Positions 1 to 9,869 of a stretch of 52,117 bases of DNA are shown here, piece after piece. The notes under the pieces were generated by a model. That model was not told where the DNA came from, did no database searches, and was given only the letters and a program-made list of their open reading frames with translations. The stretch is taken from contig JAVRCV020000013.1 of the NCBI GenBank assembly GCA_034530615.2, positions 1 to 52,117 of the forward strand. The letters are read 5' to 3'. The DNA comes from Aulosira sp. ZfuVER01. Lineage in GTDB: Bacteria > Cyanobacteriota > Cyanobacteriia > Cyanobacteriales > Nostocaceae. Position numbers and translations under genes: made by a program. Positions within the stretch are counted from its first letter, which is position 1, and every line of letters begins with the position of its first letter.

Positions 1-35
1 CAATGGAAACTGTTCTCAAGCAAGCAGCGTCCTAA
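1..35 (+). CDS. possible 3' end of an upstream CDS (…METVLKQAAS*)
   Basis: Open frame ending in TAA at 33-35; too short to identify. Confidence 0.3.
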   Translation, partial: METVLKQAAS

Positions 36-364
36 CTAAGCTGGCTATGGCTATACATTCAACGGCTTCACCAAACGAAATAACATAGCTAGCCTTAGCA
101 GTTCTTCGGATAGAGTTTCGTTCTTCCTTGGAATGTAGCGAGACACATCAAATTCGGTTTTTCTTTGCGGCATGATTTCTCTGTGGCGTTCTATTTTTAG
201 GTTAGTTTGTCGGATGAAAATTTCTGTAACGTGCGATGCTTAAGCCTGGCCGTGCCTACGCATTTGGCAAACGGCGATCGCATAATTATTTATACAGACT
301 TGTTTTGATTTTGACAATTTTTTGTATCTAAAATAATTAGATTTTTAAGTCAGAGCGAAAAACT

Positions 365-455
365 GGCGTTGCTGAATTATGGGATGATTTCGCCAAATTT
401 GGAACAAATTTTTAATGGTATCAACCGCCAATTCATCCCGCATTTATGCAACGCC
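365..455. mobile_element. 91-bp MITE-like element
   Basis: Imperfect terminal inverted repeats GGCGTTGCTGAATTATGGGATGA / TCATCCCGCATTTATGCAACGCC, flanked by 3-bp direct repeat ACT (362-364, 456-458). Confidence 0.7.
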
Positions 456-577
456 ACTTATTATTATTCAAACTGATAATGCTTACAGTTGCTCCACTGA
501 AGATTTTTCATGCTAATTTTGGAGATGTAGAAATGCTTTGTATTCTTCCTAGTTAGCTTTTAAATCCGGAGTGAGCA

Positions 578-799
578 ATGCTTCAAAGCTATGAAGCCAT
601 TATTGAAAATGGTCAAGTTAAGTGGCTAACAGATGAGCCTAAAATATCCAAAGCTCGCGTCATCGTCACGATTCTTTCAGATACCACGCCACAAGTATCA
701 CGCCGCACTCCCCCTACGGCGATCGCGGGTAAAGGTAAAACTTTGGGCGATTTGGTCAGTCCCATCATTGAGGAACAAGATTGGGAATGTTTCAAATAA
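578..799 (+). CDS. putative antitoxin (VapB-like partner of PIN toxin)
   Basis: 73 aa; C-terminal 'RRTPP…GKGKTLGDLVSPI…DW' typical of cyanobacterial antitoxins; overlaps start of PIN gene. Confidence 0.75.
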   Translation: MLQSYEAIIENGQVKWLTDEPKISKARVIVTILSDTTPQVSRRTPPTAIAGKGKTLGDLVSPIIEEQDWECFK

Positions 800-1187
800 T
801 CGTCCTCGATACCCATATTTGGATATGGTTTATCACTCAAGAGTTTGAGCGATTTCCAGATCACTGGCGAGCAATTATCGAAACTGCTCTTGTGGTAGGT
901 ATTTCACCCGTATCATGCTATGAAGTTGCCTTGGCACAACAAAGGGGACGACTGCAATTACCCTGCACTGCCGAACAATGGTTTCAGGATGCTTTGGAAC
1001 CATCTGGAATTAAATTGCTGCCGATAACTGCTGAAATTGCTTACAAGGCTGTCAGCTTATCCCCTTCCACAAAGATCCATTTGATCGCTTGATTATCGCT
1101 ACAGCACTTGTTTATCAAGCGAAACTAGCTAGTATTGATGGCTTGTTTTCTCAGTATTCAGAACTCGATACATACTTGATGAAGTAG
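787..1187 (+). pseudogene. vapC: PIN-domain VapC toxin, frameshifted
   Basis: N-terminal 'IVLDTHIWIW' and 'SPVSCYE'; the conserved 'HKDPFDRLIIATA' continues in another frame after ~1066 (TCCCCTTC|CACAAAGATCCATTTGATCGC) to TAG at 1185-1187. Confidence 0.85.
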
Positions 1188-1371
1188 ACGCGATTCTTTC
1201 ATGATCTATGCAATGTCTGAAAGGTAACGATAGGGCATAATCTCCGTCATCGAACAATAATCAAGCATTTTTTGGATCGAGAGTTTTAGTTGAAAGTAGT
1301 TGAGTTCGTGAAATAACTTTGCGCATCCAAGCAGTGCAATTCACGTGATGGCGCAAATGCTAAGACCATTT

Positions 1372-1401
1372 CCTGAGGGGGCGACATACAGCCCCCTCAG
1401 G
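1372..1401. repeat. GC-rich hairpin (small dispersed repeat or terminator)
   Basis: CCTGAGGGGGC-gacataca-GCCCCCTCAGG perfect inverted repeat. Confidence 0.6.
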
Positions 1402-1420
1402 TAAGCAGCAGGATTTAACG

Positions 1421-1978
1421 ATGAAGGTAATTTTAATTTTGGCATCAAGTCCAGTTAATGAGGCAAGGCTTCGTTTAGACAAAGAGGTGCATGAAATTGA
1501 TGAAGGTTTACGTCGTTCACAGAAGCGCCATCAATTCAAATCGGAGCAAAGATGAGCTGTCCGGGCCGATGATTTGCGTCGATCTTTGCTAGATATAGAG
1601 CCACAAATCGTCCATTTTTGTGGACACAGGACTGGTGAAGACGGACTGTTGATCCAAGATGAAGATGGCAATTCAAAACTTGTAAGTACAGGAGCTTTAA
1701 AAATATTATTTGAATCGTGTGCTCATCATGTCGAGTGTGTTCTGCTCAACGCTTTTTATTCTGAGGTACAGGCAGATGCTATCGTCGAGCATATTAATCA
1801 TGTAATGGGTATAAGTAAAGCTATTGGAGATCAAGCTGTGATTAAGTTTTCCACAGTATTTTATGATGCTATTGATGCGGGTAAATCAGTGGAGACTGCT
1901 TATAAATTTGGTTGTAATGCTATTCAATTAGAAAATATTCCAGAACACTTAACTCCTAGACTGAAAAAGAGACAATAG
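1421..1978 (+). pseudogene. CHAT-domain protein, pseudogene
   Basis: ATG 1421 'MKVILILASSP…RLRLDKEVHEI' in frame with ORF 1574-1978 but interrupted by TGA at 1553-1555; motifs degenerate (HFCGHR for HFxGHG, LNAF for LNAC). Confidence 0.8.
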
Positions 1979-2093
1979 TTTAATAATGCCCACTCAACAA
2001 ATTAGAAGCGCCCAAGCTTAGATTGTGGTTGAATAAAAGATACCTTGTGAAGAGCGATCGCTTGATTATTGCCCCACAAAGTATTTTTGTCAG

Positions 2094-3128
2094 TCAAGCA
2101 GGTGCAGAATCACCAAATAAACTTTTGTAAGTTTCAGCAGCTTCATTGCCAAAACCACCAGCTTGGGTATGGCGAACCAACGATTGAACGATAGGTACAG
2201 CTATACTCATACCAAATAAGGCATTGAAACCTGCAATTACCACTGGTGCTGACAATATAACCGTAAATTCTGGGAATAAAGCCAACACAGCCACCAAAAC
2301 GAGAAAAACAATTGGTGCAGCAATACCTGCTGCTTTTGCTGCTTCTAAAATTAAAGTTTTATACTCTTCAACAGTGATGTCGCCTCGGTAAAGATCTAAG
2401 GAGTATGAAATCGCTGTTACTATAACTTGGGTGAGAATGGCGGTTCCTGTTGCAGTAATACCAAGTTTAGCAATTGTTCCAGAATTGGTGACAATAGAAT
2501 CTACAGCATTGTAAACCCGAATATAGAACTGCTCCCCAACAGTCATAACTTCCGCACCACGACGGATATTATCAACACCTACTTCCCAAAGAATATTGTC
2601 AGCCCCATTTGAGCCACCATTGGAGCGTGGAATGATATGACTGCCATGTTTATCGCTAAGAAATTGACGAATAGTCCGTTCGTTAGCTCCCAGCTTTGAT
2701 GTACCAGGGATTTTCTCAAAAAGCTTGATGACATCGGAGTCTGAGCGAGGAGATTCACCAACTCTTAAACCAGCACGATACCTCAACCTATTGGCAATCT
2801 TGGGCATTTCTGCCGCTAATTCCGTGGCTGTCGAAGGCAAGTTTTGCAATGCATCAGCTATAACCGTACTTGAAGTGGTAACGCCAATAGCAGCTGCTTC
2901 AAATGCCTTGCTAACATTTTGTACAGTTTGAAAACTTTGCTGTGCTGCTATAGCTGACAATCTTTGCAAATCAGTAACTAAATTAATAGTTGAAGCGGTA
3001 ATCTCTACAGTACTATTATTGATACCATCAACTATCTCTCCTATGCTGTCTGCTGTATTAGATGTTACTTCTTGAACTTGATCTCGTACGGTATCTACTA
3101 GCTTTTGTGCTTGGTTGATGAAATCCAT
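2094..3128 (-). CDS. hypothetical membrane protein with HNH-like motif
   Basis: 344 aa; helical N-terminus, central 'SHIIPRSNGGSNGADNI', several hydrophobic helices in the C-terminal third. Confidence 0.7.
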   Translation of the reverse strand: MDFINQAQKLVDTVRDQVQEVTSNTADSIGEIVDGINNSTVEITASTINLVTDLQRLSAIAAQQSFQTVQNVSKAFEAAAIGVTTSSTVIADALQNLPSTATELAAEMPKIANRLRYRAGLRVGESPRSDSDVIKLFEKIPGTSKLGANERTIRQFLSDKHGSHIIPRSNGGSNGADNILWEVGVDNIRRGAEVMTVGEQFYIRVYNAVDSIVTNSGTIAKLGITATGTAILTQVIVTAISYSLDLYRGDITVEEYKTLILEAAKAAGIAAPIVFLVLVAVLALFPEFTVILSAPVVIAGFNALFGMSIAVPIVQSLVRHTQAGGFGNEAAETYKSLFGDSAPA

Positions 3129-3724
3129 ATTCTAGTAAAGTGTCGCTTATTGTATTAAGTGTTTAGTCCAGCTTCTGTGCTGACCACTAAAAACCATAAG
3201 AGTATTAATCACGAAATCATTGCCAAGATTTTTAAAGATATTGTAAATAAGTTATAGATTTTGTGTATATAAAGCCAAAAAATGAACTACGAGGTTAGTT
3301 TAACTCTTTATTTGGTGATACTAGTCAATGTGTTGATGCTGTAATACTGTCGGGACAGCCAGGATTTGACAGGGGTGGTGTTCAGTTACCCCTAGTTTTG
3401 TTGTAGTGCTGGGAGAGAATCAAAGGTTGTAGGTACAGCGATCGCACCCAGAAAAATATCATTAAATTTTTGAATTGCAATTAGAATTGTGGTTTCTTGA
3501 TAACTTAGAAAACAACCCATATATGAAGTCATCGCAGAGAATTTTGATTATCTTGGCTGCGCTAGTATTTCCACGTATCTTTGCTAAATCGTACAAGACG
3601 ACGTTTTCACTTAGCTGTTGCACAGCATTATTGCCATGTAGCCATGCCACAAAGTAGACTCTCTTTATACATTAAGTATCAGGGTAGCATAATAATTTCT
3701 GTATAGGCGAGTAGTTATTAGAAA

Positions 3725-5323
3725 CTACAAAATCGCTGGAAGTCCTACTGCTTTCTGCTCAACAAACTTGCCATCAAAACCTATAGCTTGGTTTTCGATA
3801 GTTCTAGCATCAGCTAGAGCCTTACGGAGTTCAGCACGTTCCATCTGATCCTGAATTCCACCCAAGATGTAAATTAGTAACTTCGCTGCTAAATCTCGTC
3901 CAGCAACTTGTACACGCTTTTTATTGGGATCATATAAAACGCCATACCAAAGAGATTGCGGATACTCCATGCCACTAAAGCCACCTTGCTGGTCAAATTT
4001 GCGTAGTTTTTTAAAAATATCTGCCAGGGAAAAACCTTTTTTAAAAACCAATATTCCGAGAGCTTGAGCTAATGCTACTTGAGCTATAGGACGGAACAGC
4101 ATATTTCCTTCGCCCCCATCTTTTTCAAAGCTGAACCTTCGCAGTTGAGGTGCATCTTCGTGTTCAAGAATCTTATAAGTGGGAAGGCTAGCTAAATAAT
4201 CAAATAGATTTCTAAATTCATTAATTCCCTGCTCAATTTCATTATCCTCTGGTCGCATGGGAATTAGACCTTTTTCTAAAGGTTTCCAGTGAGGGAATTT
4301 TTGCCCTAAATATCTTTCTGACATATCTTGAATAGCTTGCAAAGTTGTTAAAACTGTAGAGTTTGCTGCAACTGTTGCACTATTCCAATTAACGCGAGGT
4401 TTGCGATTTGGTTGCTGTTCTAAAAGTGGATGGTTTGTAGCGATTTTTCGCGCCACAATTGCAAAACCATCATCTTCATTTAACTGTGCTAACTGGCCTT
4501 TAGTCAAAGGTGCAGCCATCAGGTTAACATGAACAAAAATTGATCTCACCCTTCGCCTCGCCTGGGTACGAGTTTCCCCTGGAGAAACCGCACAAATGAA
4601 TTCAATGCCAATTTTTTCTTTGGGTAAGCTTTGTAAATAAGCAGGGTCTACTTGATATTGCTCAATCAAATCATCTATTTTAATAAAGCTATCATCAGCA
4701 CTTTTATCTTTTTTGTAGCGCTGAAGTTTCCCTGTTTTAATTAACTCCATTAAACCTTGTACACCCATCAGGCGATGTTGACCATCTAATGCATAAATAG
4801 TTACATTGTCTTCGGAAATGTTAAGTAAACCTACTTTACCGTCTTTATCCAGAGGAGTAAAATCGGTAGTTGATTTAGTTGCTATTCCTTCACTGTTCCA
4901 CTCAGCAGCTTTAGCATCATCTACCCAAGATTGATTAATTACTACCAGTACTGGCGGAAACTTATGATTTCTTCTCGCTGCTAAATACTGAACCAAAGGT
5001 GCTTGACGTGACCAATCAAGGGGACGCTGCTGAATTTCATCAATACTATCTGCGTCAATCTCGATGTTATCTGTTTCAGAATTATACTTTTTCTGAAACA
5101 GGGGTAAGCCAGAAGCGAAGTGAACCCGACCTGCAAACCATTCTAGAGTCACAGAACCAACATAGGCTTCAGTACCACCCATCTCGGTTTTTTGAACGAG
5201 AATCTGGTCTTTCTTCTCCAGAAATTTCTCGAAGAGTAAAGCCAGTACCTGTTTATCCTTGTTGTCTCGTTCTAGGTATTCTCTAGCGATGTCAGTGGTT
5301 GGCTCAGATTTACTATCTTTCAT
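3725..5323 (-). CDS. DGQHR-domain (DndB-like) protein
   Basis: 532 aa; 'IQQRPLD', 'FPPVLVV', 'ALDGQHRL', 'IFVHVN' motifs; divergent from dndC. Confidence 0.9.
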   Translation of the reverse strand: MKDSKSEPTTDIAREYLERDNKDKQVLALLFEKFLEKKDQILVQKTEMGGTEAYVGSVTLEWFAGRVHFASGLPLFQKKYNSETDNIEIDADSIDEIQQRPLDWSRQAPLVQYLAARRNHKFPPVLVVINQSWVDDAKAAEWNSEGIATKSTTDFTPLDKDGKVGLLNISEDNVTIYALDGQHRLMGVQGLMELIKTGKLQRYKKDKSADDSFIKIDDLIEQYQVDPAYLQSLPKEKIGIEFICAVSPGETRTQARRRVRSIFVHVNLMAAPLTKGQLAQLNEDDGFAIVARKIATNHPLLEQQPNRKPRVNWNSATVAANSTVLTTLQAIQDMSERYLGQKFPHWKPLEKGLIPMRPEDNEIEQGINEFRNLFDYLASLPTYKILEHEDAPQLRRFSFEKDGGEGNMLFRPIAQVALAQALGILVFKKGFSLADIFKKLRKFDQQGGFSGMEYPQSLWYGVLYDPNKKRVQVAGRDLAAKLLIYILGGIQDQMERAELRKALADARTIENQAIGFDGKFVEQKAVGLPAIL

Positions 5324-5487
5324 GTTAATTTTTAAAAATTAGGGAATTTGACACAAACTAAATTTTCTATAAAATTCAGTTAATATATAAAAGTTTTTAA
5401 AAACTTTACGTTTTACAATACTAGGGTTGCTCTTGCAGTAAATATAACAGGGGTGACTAAAACCCATGTCTAGATAGGGAAGGAGAA

Positions 5488-7155
5488 ATGGCTACAGCAC
5501 AACAGCCAGAAAACAAAAGCCAGCAAGCACGTACCGTTGCAGAGTTAGTAGAAGACATAGAGAATCTTACCAGAGAAATCCAAGATTTATATTGCTCAGA
5601 CCAAATACCTTGGGTACTAGGAGTTTCTTGGGGAAAAGATTCAACTACAACGCTACAGATCGTCTGGAATGCGATCGCCATTCTTCCCCAAGAAAAACGA
5701 ACTAAAAAAATCCATGTAATTACTACAGATACTCAGGTAGAAAATCCCATCGTCTCTGCTTGGGTACGCAAATCCTTACAACAGCTAAAGTCTGCTGCAC
5801 AAGAACAAGGAATGCCTGTAGAACCTCATTTGCTGCAACCAGTTGTTCAAGACACATTTTGGGTAAACCTGATTGGTAAAGGTTATCCAGCACCGCGTAA
5901 TCAATTCCGCTGGTGTACCCAACGTTTAAAAATTAATCCCGCTAATCACTTCATACGTGAGATGGTTCGAGCCAACGGTGAAACCATTCTTGTTTTGGGT
6001 ACTCGCAAAGCCGAAAGCGCAAAACGTGCAGCTACAATGGAAAAGCATCAAATGGGTAGAGTGCGTGATCGCCTCAGCCCCAATGCCAGTTTACCCAACT
6101 CTCTGATTTACACGCCCATTGAAGACTGGAGCAATAATGATGTCTGGATTTACCTAAATCAATCTGACAATCCTTGGGGAAAAAGCAATAAAGAGTTATT
6201 CAGTATGTATCGAGGTGCGACAGCAGATAATGAATGTCCGCTTGTAGTTGATACTTCTACTCCTAGCTGTGGCGATTCCCGATTTGGTTGTTGGGTTTGT
6301 ACCCTGGTGAATCAGGATAAATCGATGGAGGCGATGATCCAAAATGATGAAGAGAAAGAATGGATGCAGCCTTTATTAGATATCCGTAATGAATTAGATA
6401 TTAAAGATGACCGGGATAAGAGAGACTTCCGCCGGATATGGGGTGAAGTTCAACTATTTGAGCGCAATAAAGATGGTGAACTTTCTGTTGAACCAATACC
6501 TGGCCCATATACTAAATATTGGCGCGAATATTGGCTGAGAAAATTATTAGCAGCGCAAACTAAAATCCGCCGCACCGCACCAGAAAATATGCGCGATATT
6601 ACCCTAATTACTCTCGAAGAAATGAGTGAAATTCGTCGCATTTGGCTAGAAGACAAACACGAATTTGATGATAGTTTACCCCGCATTTATGAAGAAGTGA
6701 CTGGTGAAGTATTTCAAGATCCCCGTCCTGGGGCTGGTAATAGTTTACTCGGTAGTGATGAATGGGCGGTATTAGAAGAAATCTGTGAAGATGATGCGAT
6801 GCACTTGGAACTGATGGCGAAGTTGTTGGATACAGAACGCCAGTTTCGTAAGATGGCGCGGCGCGTGGGGATATATGACACTTTAGAAAAATGCTTTGCA
6901 ACCAGTTCCCGTTCTAAAGAAGAAGCAGTTAAAAATGCTCATTTGAAGCGCGATTTGAAAACAGCAATTGACCAAGGTGATGTTGAAAAGGTTAAGCAGC
7001 TAACTTTAGGGGATTTTGTGGTAACGAATGAACAAGCGGAAGTAACGACGGAACAATCTGACGTAAAAAATGAATTACCCGCTAGCAAATCAAAGACTTG
7101 GGCAAACATGAAATTTAAAAATAAGGAAACAACGCCTGAAAGCGATTCTAATTAA
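5488..7155 (+). CDS. dndC: DNA phosphorothioation sulfurtransferase DndC
   Basis: PAPS-reductase family: SxGKDS, 'TDTQVENP', 'GYPAP…FRWCT.RLKI.P', 'GTRKAES', 'SCGDSRFGCWVCT'; good RBS (GGAG). Confidence 0.95.
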   Translation: MATAQQPENKSQQARTVAELVEDIENLTREIQDLYCSDQIPWVLGVSWGKDSTTTLQIVWNAIAILPQEKRTKKIHVITTDTQVENPIVSAWVRKSLQQLKSAAQEQGMPVEPHLLQPVVQDTFWVNLIGKGYPAPRNQFRWCTQRLKINPANHFIREMVRANGETILVLGTRKAESAKRAATMEKHQMGRVRDRLSPNASLPNSLIYTPIEDWSNNDVWIYLNQSDNPWGKSNKELFSMYRGATADNECPLVVDTSTPSCGDSRFGCWVCTLVNQDKSMEAMIQNDEEKEWMQPLLDIRNELDIKDDRDKRDFRRIWGEVQLFERNKDGELSVEPIPGPYTKYWREYWLRKLLAAQTKIRRTAPENMRDITLITLEEMSEIRRIWLEDKHEFDDSLPRIYEEVTGEVFQDPRPGAGNSLLGSDEWAVLEEICEDDAMHLELMAKLLDTERQFRKMARRVGIYDTLEKCFATSSRSKEEAVKNAHLKRDLKTAIDQGDVEKVKQLTLGDFVVTNEQAEVTTEQSDVKNELPASKSKTWANMKFKNKETTPESDSN

Positions 7156-7303
7156 AAAATAGTCAACCTTATAAAATACTGTTAGTCACGATGCCATTGA
7201 TAATGTAGCTAATTACATCAGAAACCAGGCTACTCATCATAATCAACAATCAATCATTTCTTCTTGGGAACTTACTCCTAAGTAATCTAAAATTTTTGTA
7301 TTT

Positions 7304-7351
7304 AGTCCGCGAAGGCGGACTTCGCTTGTGTAGCAGCGAATTCCATTCGCC
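7304..7351. repeat. Nostoc small dispersed repeat (two hairpins)
   Basis: AGTCCGC-gaag-GCGGACT followed by GCGAAT-tcc-ATTCGC. Confidence 0.65.
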
Positions 7352-7380
7352 CAATACTTCATAAAACCAACAAAGACGGA

Positions 7381-9360
7381 ATGATATTTCTTGAACTCGT
7401 ATTACAAAACTTTGGCCCTTACTCTGGTAAACAGGTAATCAATCTTGACCCAAGAAATCATGAAAATTCTCGCCCGATTATTCTGTTAGGTGGGATGAAT
7501 GGTGGCGGAAAAACCACGTTGATGGATGCAATTCGCCTCGCCCTTTATGGTCATCGCGCCCAATGTTCAACCCGTGGTAACTTAAGTTATAGCGATTTTC
7601 TTACCCAATGCGTTAATAGCAAAACCGATCCAGTTGATAAAACGCGCATTGAATTAGTCTTTGAACATATTGAAAATGACAAGCCAGTAAAATACCGGGT
7701 TGTGCGTACTTGGGAAAAAAATCCTAAAGATGGTAAAGACCATTTAGGGATTTTAGATTCTCATGAATGGCTTGATACAGCTTTAGTAAATATTTGGGAT
7801 GAATATATTGAAAATCTCTTACCATTGGGAATTTCTAACTTATTTTTATTTGATGGTGAACAAGTTAAAGAACTCGCAGAACAGGAAATACCACCGCCAA
7901 TTGTAGTAGATGCAATTAGCGGACTTTTAGGGCTAGAGTTAGCAGAAAGATTAGCATTAGATTTAGATATATTAGTCAATCGCAAACGCAAAGAACTTGC
8001 TGATACGAAAGAATTGGCAAATCTTGAAGAAATTGAAGATAAGCTGAAAGGGTTACAAGAAGCTTACAATACAGAATCGCAATTAATTACATCTCTCCAA
8101 GAAAATTTAATAACAGCCGAAAATAGACAGCAAGAAGCTGTGAATAAATTTATTTCTGAGGGCGGTAAAATTGCTGGAGAACGCAGTCAGTTAGAAAAAC
8201 AAAAGCAAGAAAGAATTGGTGAAGCAGAAAGAGCGCGTCAAGCGATGTGTGAATTAGCTGCTGATTTTTTACCTCTGGGATTAATTGAACCTCTACTAAA
8301 TCAGGCTTACATTCAAGGAGATAAAGAGTTTCGTGTTCAACAAGCAAAAGTAGCTCATAATTTATTAATTGAAAGAGATAAAAAGTTACTTAATTTGATT
8401 AATAAATTAGCTATTGCTGAAGAAGTAGTAACTCAGATTCAAGAATTTCTCCAACAAGAAAATCAAGATTTAGATAACGCAGTCATCGCCGAACCTTGGT
8501 TATTAGCTGATACAGAAACGCTGCATCAGTTAGATAATGTCATGCATCACTACCTAGTTTATGCAAAAACCAAGGCTAAAGATAAAATCACAGTTCTTCA
8601 GTCTCAGGAAGAAGAAATTATCACTTTAGAAAGACAAATTCAAACCGCAGCCTCACCAGAAGAATATCAAAGACTGGTTGATGAATTACAACAAGCACAA
8701 CAGCAAGTTGCGGAAGCTAAAGCTGCTTGCGAAATAGCCAAACGCCATTTAGATGAATTAGAAACTGAGATCCACAATACTAAAAAATACCTAGAAAAAT
8801 ATAGTGAAACCAATATTGATCGCAAAAATAGAGAACATATCATTACCTCTGCGACAAAAGTTCAAGAAACACTCAAACTTTTCCGGGAAAAATTAACTTT
8901 GAGAAAACTCAACAAATTAGAAGTAGAAGTTACAGAATGCTTCCGTTACCTGCTACACAAATCTGATTTAGTCCATCGCGTTGCAATTGATACTAAAAGT
9001 TTTAGCCTTTCGCTTTACGACTTAAATGGTCAACCCGTTCCTAAACATCGCCTTTCTGCTGGGGAAAAACAACTACTTGCGATCGCCTTTCTTTGGGGTT
9101 TAGCCAGAGTCTCCGGTCGCCACTTACCAGTAGCCATTGACACACCCCTCGGCAGACTTGACTCCTCACACCGCAGTAACCTAGTAGAACGTTACTTTCC
9201 CTCCGCCAGCCATCAAGTAATATTACTATCTACTGATACTGAAATAGGTAAAAAAGAAGTCGAAACACTGAGAGAAAACGAAGCGATCGCTCACGAATAC
9301 CTACTCAAATACAACTCTACCACCCGTCAAACAACCATAAAACCAGGCTACTTCTGGTAG
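7381..9360 (+). CDS. dndD: DNA sulfur modification protein DndD (SMC-like ATPase)
   Basis: Walker A GMNGGGKT, 'LFLFDGEQ', coiled coil, signature LSAGEKQ, 'IDTPLGRLDSSHR', 'SHQVILLSTDTEI'. Confidence 0.95.
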   Translation: MIFLELVLQNFGPYSGKQVINLDPRNHENSRPIILLGGMNGGGKTTLMDAIRLALYGHRAQCSTRGNLSYSDFLTQCVNSKTDPVDKTRIELVFEHIENDKPVKYRVVRTWEKNPKDGKDHLGILDSHEWLDTALVNIWDEYIENLLPLGISNLFLFDGEQVKELAEQEIPPPIVVDAISGLLGLELAERLALDLDILVNRKRKELADTKELANLEEIEDKLKGLQEAYNTESQLITSLQENLITAENRQQEAVNKFISEGGKIAGERSQLEKQKQERIGEAERARQAMCELAADFLPLGLIEPLLNQAYIQGDKEFRVQQAKVAHNLLIERDKKLLNLINKLAIAEEVVTQIQEFLQQENQDLDNAVIAEPWLLADTETLHQLDNVMHHYLVYAKTKAKDKITVLQSQEEEIITLERQIQTAASPEEYQRLVDELQQAQQQVAEAKAACEIAKRHLDELETEIHNTKKYLEKYSETNIDRKNREHIITSATKVQETLKLFREKLTLRKLNKLEVEVTECFRYLLHKSDLVHRVAIDTKSFSLSLYDLNGQPVPKHRLSAGEKQLLAIAFLWGLARVSGRHLPVAIDTPLGRLDSSHRSNLVERYFPSASHQVILLSTDTEIGKKEVETLRENEAIAHEYLLKYNSTTRQTTIKPGYFW

Positions 9361-9410
9361 CTTTTTCTCTGCGTTCTCTGCGCCTCTGCGGTTCGTTACT
9401 TAAATAACCT

Positions 9411-9797
9411 ATGGAATCACCAATCGAAAGAATTAAACTTTCCCAAACAGCCAAAGACCAACTGCTCAAACTCCGGCGCAGCACCAAAATCGACCAATGG
9501 AATATATTATGTCGATGGGCATTTTGCCGTTCCCTCGCAGAACCTACTCCACCTTCCCCTGTACCCATTCCCCAAGATAGCAACGTGGAAATGACATGGC
9601 GCGTCTTTGGCGGCGAAATGTCTGATATTCTTCTCCTCACCCTCAAGCAACGGTGTCACAACGACGGTTACGCCACCGATAAAGAAACCCTAGCTACCCA
9701 ATTTCGCCTGCATTTACATCGAGGAATTGCCTACTTAGCAGGCGATTCAAATATCAAGAAAATTGAAGATTTAATTGAATTAGCGCTGAAAGATTGA
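9411..9797 (+). CDS. dndE: DNA sulfur modification protein DndE
   Basis: 128 aa; 'RIKLSQTAKDQL', 'WNILCRWAFCRSL', 'FRLHLHRGI'; follows dndD. Confidence 0.93.
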   Translation: MESPIERIKLSQTAKDQLLKLRRSTKIDQWNILCRWAFCRSLAEPTPPSPVPIPQDSNVEMTWRVFGGEMSDILLLTLKQRCHNDGYATDKETLATQFRLHLHRGIAYLAGDSNIKKIEDLIELALKD

Positions 9798-9869
9798 CAG
9801 GATATAAAACATGGTGGGTTATGCTACCGCTAACACACTCCACATCCTTTCAAAACCGTAAATGCTCTT

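Noticed and set aside
51..173. 40-aa minus-strand ORF MPQRKTEFDVSRY…
   Set aside because: Short, with no recognisable family; may be a remnant but cannot be supported
1062..1070. Programmed frameshift in vapC
   Set aside because: No canonical slippery heptamer or stimulatory structure
3462..3657. Two overlapping ~60-aa ORFs
   Set aside because: No motif, and one has a weak start; likely chance or remnant
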